Assembly: GCA_000091205.1 (NCBI GenBank)
Contig: AP006498.2
Source of the DNA: Cyanidioschyzon merolae
Lineage: Eukaryota
Direction: 5' to 3' (one strand)
Length of the DNA stretch: 64,000 bases
Shown here: in pieces, positions 56,574-64,000 of the stretch
Layout: each line of letters begins with the position of its first letter
Position numbering within the stretch: position 1 is the stretch's first letter
Notes under the pieces: model-generated
Seen by the model: the letters and a program-made list of their open reading frames with translations, nothing else
Told to the model about the DNA's origin: nothing
Databases searched by the model: none
Made by a program: the position numbers and the translations under genes

Positions 56574-59093
56574 TCAGAGAAGATGGTTCGTTTGAATTAG
56601 CGACAGATAGCCGGCTCCGTGCTCCACCGCCATCTCCATGACGGTAGACAAATGCTGCAGCATTCGAGCCAGGAGAGAAGGCGCCTCCAGAGAAGATCCA
56701 GCCGGTCGGGCGCGGCAGGGGCGCTCCAGTACCAGCGCCCGGTTCACGGCTGCGGCCACCAGGAGACGCCACCGCTGGAGTGACGCAGGAGCAAGCACTG
56801 CAGCATCTGCGTGCGTCACCAGAATGAGATGGTGGAGAAGGAGGAGCTGGACCAGCTGCCGGTGCTCTTCCGTACGGTTGCTCGTTTGCGCAGGGGCCTT
56901 ATTTCCAGGTGCTGACTTTCGACCATGTTTTCCGAGCGGGGGCTGAGAGGCATCCCGTTGCGCTTCGGCTGGACCGCTGCAGAGTGCAGACTTGCCGGCA
57001 GCAGTGCCTGCACACTCAAGAAGAAGCGGCCAGAGATGCCCACATGCGTACTGGAAAACAGAGTAAGATTCGCTGCTGCGCTCGCTTTGGTGTGCGAGCA
57101 CCTCGCGAAACTCTTGACACCGAAGTAGTATCGCGGCGAGTTGTTGATCTAGTGCCGTTTCTGAGGCGGGCCCACTGCAGTCGCCCAACGATGCCGGCGA
57201 TTGGAAGAATCGCGGATAGTGCTCGGCGCCCAGTGACCGTGCTTGCTCGATCTCACCTCGTAGAATATAGTCCATAATGGATGCACGAATGCTGGCATCC
57301 GAAAGCGCCTGTGGAAGTTTTTGCTGTCGCAGCTGATGACGCGGCGAAGAACGCGGCGGATCCATTTCGGGCGCTGCGTGTACATCCCCTTGTGACACCA
57401 AGCGCTCAAGGGGAAACACAGTTTTGGCAAATGCGCGTGCTGTTTCCACATATCCCTCCGTAAGCAGATAGTCTAGCACCACATTCTGCAGAGCGCATTG
57501 CTCATGAAGGACGCTCGAATGCTCGTCCTCATCGTCATTGTCCGCTGTAGCGGCCACGATCGAGTCAAGGAACATTTCAACCTCCTCGCGCACATAGGGT
57601 TCGATATCGAAACGAAACGGCTTCTGTCCAAAGTTTGCCTCAACGATTTCGCCAACGGTACGCATCCCCACGACCGGATACCAGCCCTCGTAGCTTGAGA
57701 GCCACTGTGGGGATCGCGTTGCTCCCGCAGCCCACGGAAGGTGTGACGCACCGCTCGTGCCAGCGCCGCCATCGCCACCGCTACTGCTGCTGCTACTATT
57801 GCTACTACCACTACGGGCGCCGCCGTTGCCTGCTCGCCGTTCACCGGGTATGGAGGCAACACCACGCCGGAGACGGGTCGGTCGCACGTTCCGAAAGGCA
57901 CGCTTCAGTCGGACACCTTCCTTGGTGAAAAACACGTCACCCGTGATGCAGTTCCAGCAACACCCTACGGTATCGCCAGTCGAGTAAGTGGGTCCATACG
58001 GAGACCCTACTCCCGAGTCGCGAAAAATATGCCCGTCGTCGCCATGATAGCCGATGCTGTTCTTTTCCCATCCGGGGAGACGTTCCAGGGCAACATCGCC
58101 CGCACACAGTCCTAGGCCGATAAAGCCCTCAGCACCCGCCGATACCACCGTCATTTCATAGTAGTAGATGCAAGCCTCGGTGGGGACAGGCACATTCGCG
58201 CGCACAGCAGCAGCGTCCGTATCCAGCTTACCAGGTCCAACGTAGTACGCTCGTCTCGGCCGATCGGTATGCTTCTCCAGATCGACGCCGACGGCCTTGT
58301 CGGTACTGGACCAGTGAGATGGAAAGCTGATCTCCGGCACAGACGCGGTTGCCTCCACTCCGGGGCGCTTATGGCCTACGCTGGCTGCTCGTGCACGACC
58401 TATCTCGATGACGCGACAGCTTGGACGCTGTCGACGATGACGACGGTGTCGAGCACTCGTTGGCGCTTCCTCGCTGGAGTCCGCCATGACCTCATCATCA
58501 TTCCCGGGATAAGTTTGCTCAGATGCAAACTCTGCCGCGGTTGAAGCGTCACCAATAGCGTTCCTTTCAAAAGGACCCACGTGGCCGTATGCCGCCAGAT
58601 AGGGCAATTCCTGGTCTTTCCAGCGCCGGTACCAGTCACCGAACTGGCGGACGCGCCAGTGCCGGCCATCCAGTCCAATCTGCAGCCACTCGCGTGCCAG
58701 ACCTTCGCTCCAATTAATTTTCAGTGGATCTTCGCTCGGTTGCTGCTCGTCGCTCACAACATCTGTCCCTGCCGCCGCGGTCTCCGCTGCGAAAGGCTGG
58801 AAACGGAAACGCTGTGCCCGCTCCCGCTTCGTGGTAGGCTGCAAGGGGTTCTCCAGCCATCCCTGCAGTCCCATGAGGGTGTAAAGTTCGAAAACGGTTG
58901 ATGCTGAAGTAGCGGGTGTCCTCGCTGCTGAAAACATTTCAGACGTGGCGTCTCCTCTGCTGGTGTCATACTGCGAAGCCTTTGAGTCCAGGCCCGAGTC
59001 CGGCGTTTCTGCTTCAGGGCACGGCCCGCTGCCGTGCATGGCGATTTTCGAGGGGTTAGTCTCAACAGTGTATAGAGATAAAACAGGTATCAA
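56574..59093 (-). CDS. RanBPM/Gid1(Vid30)-like protein: SPRY + LisH + CTLH domains
   Basis: YYEMTVVSAGAEGFIGLGLCAGDVALERLPGWEKNSIGYHGDDGHIFRDSGVGSPYGPTYSTGDTVGCCWNCITGDVFFTKEGVRL is the SPRY domain. VLHEQCALQNVVLDYLLTEGYVETARAFAK is LisH. IRASIMDYILRGEIEQARSL is CTLH. Confidence 0.7.
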   Translation of the reverse strand: MIPVLSLYTVETNPSKIAMHGSGPCPEAETPDSGLDSKASQYDTSRGDATSEMFSAARTPATSASTVFELYTLMGLQGWLENPLQPTTKRERAQRFRFQPFAAETAAAGTDVVSDEQQPSEDPLKINWSEGLAREWLQIGLDGRHWRVRQFGDWYRRWKDQELPYLAAYGHVGPFERNAIGDASTAAEFASEQTYPGNDDEVMADSSEEAPTSARHRRHRRQRPSCRVIEIGRARAASVGHKRPGVEATASVPEISFPSHWSSTDKAVGVDLEKHTDRPRRAYYVGPGKLDTDAAAVRANVPVPTEACIYYYEMTVVSAGAEGFIGLGLCAGDVALERLPGWEKNSIGYHGDDGHIFRDSGVGSPYGPTYSTGDTVGCCWNCITGDVFFTKEGVRLKRAFRNVRPTRLRRGVASIPGERRAGNGGARSGSSNSSSSSSGGDGGAGTSGASHLPWAAGATRSPQWLSSYEGWYPVVGMRTVGEIVEANFGQKPFRFDIEPYVREEVEMFLDSIVAATADNDDEDEHSSVLHEQCALQNVVLDYLLTEGYVETARAFAKTVFPLERLVSQGDVHAAPEMDPPRSSPRHQLRQQKLPQALSDASIRASIMDYILRGEIEQARSLGAEHYPRFFQSPASLGDCSGPASETALDQQLAAILLRCQEFREVLAHQSERSSESYSVFQYACGHLWPLLLECAGTAAGKSALCSGPAEAQRDASQPPLGKHGRKSAPGNKAPAQTSNRTEEHRQLVQLLLLHHLILVTHADAAVLAPASLQRWRLLVAAAVNRALVLERPCRARPAGSSLEAPSLLARMLQHLSTVMEMAVEHGAGYLSLIQTNHLL

Positions 59094-60090
59094 CGTCCGG
59101 TAACGTGCAACAGAATACTTTCGAGAACAACCTCGTACGAAACGTTAAGAAGAGTGCCTGACGGTACCGCTGGTGGCTTGCTGCACTGCGGGATGTCGGG
59201 CGCCCCCGGCAACGCACATCCACTTCGGCCCGTGAGGCGCTTGTTCCACTCTTTCATCTCAATTGGGTTCCACAACCAGGTACATGGAACCAAATGATTT
59301 TTTCGCAGTTTATAGCAGACTTGTCGGAAGTGTTCTCATTGGAAGGAATAAAAAATCCAAGGGAAATGAATGGATGTGAAAGTCGACGGACGCACAGGGC
59401 CGTCATTGCCGGATTCACCAAGGGAAACGAAAAAAGACCTCTTCTTGCCGACCGTCGAGTGAAGAAGAGCAAGTGACAAAGAAGAAGGAGATATCCGAGA
59501 GCGCTTGTTTGCCCAACGAAATGGTGGCGAGATGTTAGTGACACAGAGGGTACGAGTTCTAGAAAGCCTTGCATTCATGAGTTCCACCAGAGGCAATGAA
59601 CGTAAAGAGTTCGTATACCTGGACTTTACGCCGCCATCAATACCAGACAGTGTACGGTGCTGAAGACGAGACCCGAGGAGCTGACGCGAGCAAACTTCAT
59701 GGGGCAGCCTCTGATGCTCGGAGTTTGTCCGATGAAACAGTAACCGATAGCAGGCGGCGGGCAGAACAAGGCAGGGAGGCGTCTTCGAATGGGCATAAAT
59801 GTAACCTCCATGGTTGTGAAAAAGCTTTTGTTTCGTCGACCACACTTGCTGCAAGCCAGAAGCGTTCCTTGTTTGAGAAAGCCTCGTGAGGTTTACCAAC
59901 GCATCCCACAAATAGCTTAGGAGACGGTGTGACTGCCCTGTTGCCCCCGCTCTGCAGACGTTTCTCTACTTGTGTAGGCACCGCGTGGAGAGTTACCTAG
60001 GACCGGCCAGTTTCAGCGGCGAATCCGCCTGGGATAAAGTCTCTGAAAACTGGTTGAACCGCTTGTGGACGCCACAAGGACACGAGGAAA

Positions 60091-60468
60091 TTGTTTTCTG
60101 GAGGAAATCACCGGGACCCAGAACAGCGCATCCCTAAAGGAAAGCTCCCTGCTGGCTCACTGCCGCAGATGCTCAGCGGTGAGCAGTCAAGTGCCTCTGG
60201 CCCCGGGTCCACTGCAGGGGAGTATGAGGGACAGGCGCCAGCAACGCGAACGCCAACGCACTTTCTGCGAAAAGTTCTTGGACGTCCAGTTGTGGTGAAA
60301 CTCAATAACGGTACGGAATACCGTGGAACGCTGGTTTGTTTAGATGGTTATCTGAACATAGTTTTGGAAAATTCTGCGGAATTTTTGAACGGAGAGCTCA
60401 AGCGACGCTATGGAGACACCCTCTTGCGTGGTAGTAATGTACTTTACGTAGGGACGATTCCCGATTGA
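60091..60468 (+). CDS. LSM6: Sm-like protein LSm6 (the core ~75 aa are at the C-terminus of the ORF; the real start is probably the internal ATG near 60169)
   Basis: THFLRKVLGRPVVVKLNNGTEYRGTLVCLDGYLNIVLENSAEFLNGELKRRYGDTLLRGSNVLYVGT is nearly colinear with LSm6 (IGRPVVVKLNSG.DYRG.L.CLDGYMNIALEQTEE..NG.LKN.YGDAFIRGNNVLYI). Confidence 0.8.
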   Translation: MFSGGNHRDPEQRIPKGKLPAGSLPQMLSGEQSSASGPGSTAGEYEGQAPATRTPTHFLRKVLGRPVVVKLNNGTEYRGTLVCLDGYLNIVLENSAEFLNGELKRRYGDTLLRGSNVLYVGTIPD

Positions 60469-60823
60469 TGCGTTCGGGTAAAGCTGGTCTCTACACCCGC
60501 GTCAGACTAGAATGGAGCTCTGAAACTTCTCGCTGTTTTCCTGGCTTTGGATTCGTTCCAAACTTTGCTCAGTTGCACACTCTCGACATTCGAATGACGG
60601 CAAGAAGGGCTTACGGATTCACGCGTAGTAATTGACTGATCGGTCGTGTTCTAGGTGTGGCTCCTGCTCGACACGAACTTGTGTTCGGGGCTTATGGCGC
60701 CGCGACTGAGCACAACGGACCAGTTGGAACCTGTTTTGCGAAATTGGTTGGAGGTTGCGAATGGTGGATCTCCGAAGAGACACGTAGACAAGGGATGAAC
60801 GAGGCATTTATCAGAAACGTGTC

Positions 60824-63005
60824 GTGCTTGATTATCAAAAGAGGCACGCAACCCGAGCACACCAGGTATGCTGCGGAAACAAATGTGTACTGGTAAAAAA
60901 AGAAATACTGGAGCGTTTTGAACAGCCTAATGTATCGGTCTCAGAGAACGTCGCAACTCTCAGACGAAACGCATTCCTTCGTGAGGATCACCGCTGTTCT
61001 ACGACACTGTGGTCGTAAAGATATGCCTCAGTACTTTTTATTTCCCCTTACCGGAAAACGGAGTCCGCGCAGCAGGATATGCACTTGTCTCCTCGGAGCT
61101 CCAGCATCGAGCTTACCTCAAGCTCAAGACCGTGTGCTTCGCAAGCGTGTTTGAGCTTTTAAAAGTAAGGAACTTCACAGAGGCGCTGATGTGACGGATA
61201 CCCTTTTTGTTCTCACGCCAACCGGGCAGCTACTTGATACATGTTGTCCGGTCCGTGCAGTCATTCGTGGCGCAAGCGTTTCGGCTCCCTGGCTGAGCGA
61301 CCTTGCGGATGCCGAAGCCTTGACTCGTTTAATGACTCAAAGCGGACTGGATAACACAAAGGAGCACTCAGGAAAACATACGAACGGCGAATTTGGACAA
61401 CGTCAGCTTTCATCCCCGTACACGCGTACAGAATTCGATGTCCTAAAAGCGACAGGGCGACGACTCGGTCGCCAGCTGCACGGTATGAAGGCACTCTACA
61501 TGCCGGGCACTTCGTCGCAGCCCATTGGCTCGACCGATACAGAGAGCGTGATAAACCTCATTCGTGATTCCTCGACGACGAAGATGCCGAGAATAAGTTA
61601 GACATGATGGCTGCGAGGAGCATGCCCACGAAAGTGATGGCATTTCCGAATCTGGAAAGCTGCTCCAGAGTGCTTCAAAGGAAGAAATTCCTCGTTAACG
61701 AACGTATCCCTGCGCCGCCCGCACCAGCCGCTCGATTCGAGGTTTTTCTTTCGCTGGGCTGTGAAGGAAGTCGTCCTCGCAAAGGCGCTCTGATGACGCC
61801 CAGTAGAGAACAGGAGCGTCGAACAAGAAGCGCTGATCGACGGCATGGAATGCACGAAGCAAGCCATGCATTCTTCACCCGGAGATTCAGTGGAAATCAT
61901 GAACGGCTTTAGGATCGAAATGCAATGCAGTGCAATGAAAGGTGCGAATGGTGCGGAAAAACGAAGCAACGGGAGGTTCACATCACGGTGCGTGGATGCG
62001 TTCCCCTCCAGCGAGTCCGATAGGGTGGCGGTTTCCATCTCATCAAACGCAACATTCCTACGCGCTTCATGACCGCCTCGGAGCTTAAACGCATTCCCAC
62101 TCACCAGAGGCAACACATGTATGAACAACCAGCAACACGAGGACGCCGTCTCGGCAGCTCGATCTCCAATGCGATCTACATAGGTCTGGACGCAGACATA
62201 GCGAGCATCTACACCTGCGTTTCCGTGAGACCCGAAGAGCACCACAGTTCCCATGTGGTAACCGATAATGCGCCCAAACCAAGAGTTTTGGAACCCGCTG
62301 ACTTCCACCCACAGTCGCAAGTTCTACCCGCGCACCATTCATGTTCGTCTCCGTGGAAGCGGAGAAATCAGTGCATAATCCAATGAGCGACCAAAAGAGA
62401 ATTGAGTAGCACAAGCCGCAGGAGCATTGTCCCAGGCGGGCGGAACATGTGCACACGATGCCCATGAGTGATCCAGGAACCTCGATTACCGTAATGCTAA
62501 TCCGCACGTTTCGCGAGTCGCTCACACAGACGAAGAACAACTTGCATGGGGACAGATGTCGAATGATCGAATGGAACAACGAGCGCTTGTGTATGCAGCG
62601 GACAGCGTGCTCGCCGAAAGGATGACCAAGAAGAGCCGCATGATCGAGGTTTACGGTACTGAGCACAGAAACGGAGATGGAAATTGGGTTGAACCATCTC
62701 CACAGGTCACGGGCATGTACCGAACGATATAACAAGCGTTCACGTACCATAGGGCGAAGCTCGGAGAAGCCTGTGTGTTTGACCCATGCACACACACACA
62801 CACACACCCGTCCACATCCTGGTTTCATCGCTATGACGGGCGCATCGAGCCTGCATGCAAAGAACATGAAAATGGCGAGCGAAGCGTGGATCGCAGCTTT
62901 CACTTGTGCATGAATTGCGTTGCCAATGGCCAGAAGCTGCGAAATCGGGACTTGAACGCTGTCATCAACATCCTTCGACGGATAAAAACAAAACCAGAAC
63001 GATAG
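60824..63005 (+). pseudogene. TnpB/Fanzor-like copy B: most complete copy (~2.2 kb span) with an N-terminal region, RuvC-I-like motif, Cys/His finger and intact RuvC-III motif, fragmented over at least 5 frames and interrupted by a (CA)n tract at 62790-62812
   Basis: The end of ORF 62775-63005 is ACKEHENGERSVDRSFHLCMNCVANGQKLRNRDLNAVINILRR, i.e. C-x2-C followed by R-D-x-N-A-V-x-N-I, the TnpB RuvC-III signature. 62069-62386 has IYIGLDADIASIYTCV, which is RuvC-I-like. 61191-61601 has ALYMPGTSSQPIGSTDTESVINLIRD, homologous to the copy C N-terminus. Confidence 0.5.
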
Positions 63006-64000
63006 CAGAGACCGCCAAACATGATGCCTGAGCTCAGGCCGAGGAAAAGGAAGCATTCTTGAAAAATCACGCAAAAGGTTTTGTCCATGAAAACCGGAAG
63101 AGGCCCAAGCATTAGCGTGTATGCCCAAGTTAGCAAGACGTGCATGTTCCATTTTATTCTGATATGGATGCCGTGAGCATTCCGCGCAGATGAAACGCTG
63201 CCGTGATGGGGTCTGCGACAGTCCCGTTTGCCGGGACATGCGGTGCAGAATACGTGGGAATTCAGATACGTCCCACTATAACTCCCGGAATCAGCGTTTC
63301 GAGGGCGGTTTCTCAGCTGCATGGAGGCTCATTGCTCCGAAGCTGGTTCGATGCTCATGCGCGATTCAATATTGCGAGCCGCGCATTTGTATGAAATGAC
63401 GAGTGCATCAGGTTAGGGTCGGCGGGCGGCGACCCGAGTTTGCGTGTCGAAGGCACTCGCCACCGACTCGCTAAATAAACCGCAGTCGCAGTGGCGCTAT
63501 CGCCTGTTCCATAGACGTAGTCACGACAAATTTGCTACATGCAAAGCATTCGAAATAGCGCTCACATGTGTTCCAGCATCGCGCTCCCTAATGACTCGCT
63601 GCGTGACCACCACTCGAAACAGCGCTCTCACCTGTTTCAGAGTCCGCTGGTGGCTCTTTCCGGTGACCCGACGTGCCTGCGTTCGAAGCGGTACTCGAGT
63701 CATCAGGGGCGGCGGTTACCGTCCATGTGGTATCGGCATTATCCGCGGCGATACTACCCGCACCGGTATACGGTTCGATCTTACCACGGATAAGTTGAGC
63801 TCGCTCATCAGCCACATTCGTTGGAATGGAGTACGTAATATCGTGAAGCACAGCCTCGACACGCTGGCTTGTTGGGTCAACTGCAAGCGCCGAGCCACAG
63901 AGCGAGAACGTACGTGTCTCGTAGACGACTCCCTTCAAGTCCAGGCAGAGACGAACCGCCCCCGAATCCGCGTTGTGGCTCCATTGCACGCAACCAATGG
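62900..64000 (-). pseudogene. TnpB/Fanzor-like copy D: partial (runs off the window end), convergent with copy B
   Basis: ORF 63588-63989 (minus strand) has SGAVRLCLDLKGVVYETRT, RuvC-I-like and close to copy A's GIGLDLKS, then HDITYSIP. ORF 62900-63322 (minus strand) has LRNRPRNADSGSYSGT ... FMDKTFCVIFQECFLFLG, which aligns with copy C's LSRARYYRESGIMSAR ... FQRMNLYCGKQRTFNILFSQL. Confidence 0.4.

Noticed and set aside
62085-63239. Long 384-aa minus-strand ORF, and the 240-aa ORF at 61598-62320, as real genes
   Set aside because: They run antisense to TnpB-like copy B in a different frame from copy D's homologous ORFs and have no recognisable motifs. They are typical read-through ORFs in GC-rich sequence.
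1-64000. Prokaryotic defence-island / operon interpretation (the prompt hints at a novel system)
   Set aside because: Gene content (V-ATPase B, CK2alpha, SKP1, ADA2 with ZZ/SANT/SWIRM, LSm6, PRC1-like, RanBPM-like) is unambiguously eukaryotic and genes alternate strands singly. The only nuclease-like system is the transposon-derived TnpB/Fanzor family reported above.
1-64000. tRNA, rRNA or snRNA genes
   Set aside because: A by-eye scan for T-loop-like GGTTCGAnTCC boxes with a plausible acceptor context and for rRNA-like stretches found nothing convincing. A computational scan (tRNAscan-SE, Infernal) would be needed to exclude them.

Overview
This is a GC-rich, apparently intron-poor eukaryotic nuclear segment; the lineage is not determinable from here. 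About 16 conserved housekeeping genes lie on alternating strands as single uninterrupted ORFs. They encode a BOP1/Erb1 C-terminal fragment, SKP1, a bifunctional riboflavin RibB/RibA enzyme with a long N-terminal extension, an ABC1/ADCK kinase, V-ATPase subunit B, a GLOD4-like glyoxalase-domain protein, an SDR reductase, a CID-domain protein, casein kinase II alpha, fructose-1,6-bisphosphatase, a PRC1/MAP65/Ase1-like protein, COQ9, ADA2, a GATA zinc-finger protein, a HAD hydrolase, a RanBPM/Gid1-like SPRY-LisH-CTLH protein and LSm6. Several decayed mobile-element remnants are interspersed. They are a Tc1/mariner-like transposase relic (1.7-2.4 kb), a frameshifted non-LTR (LINE) retrotransposon with endonuclease, RT and C-terminal zinc-knuckle parts (9.2-12.4 kb), a near-identical ~830-bp direct repeat pair (27.3-28.1 and 39.5-40.4 kb), and several micro/minisatellites. 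The most unusual content is a family of degenerate TnpB/Fanzor-like (IS605 OrfB superfamily) ORFs in at least five pieces. Each has a G-x-D RuvC-I-like motif and/or a Cys/His zinc-finger followed by an R-D-x-N-A-A/V-x-N-I RuvC-III-like motif. They sit at two paralogous loci (40.4-43.1 kb and 60.8-64.0 kb), each arranged as a convergent (tail-to-tail) gene pair, plus an orphan RuvC-III fragment at 8.35-8.55 kb. All calls come from reading the ORF translations and raw sequence by eye. No database search was run, so homology assignments are motif- and memory-based.
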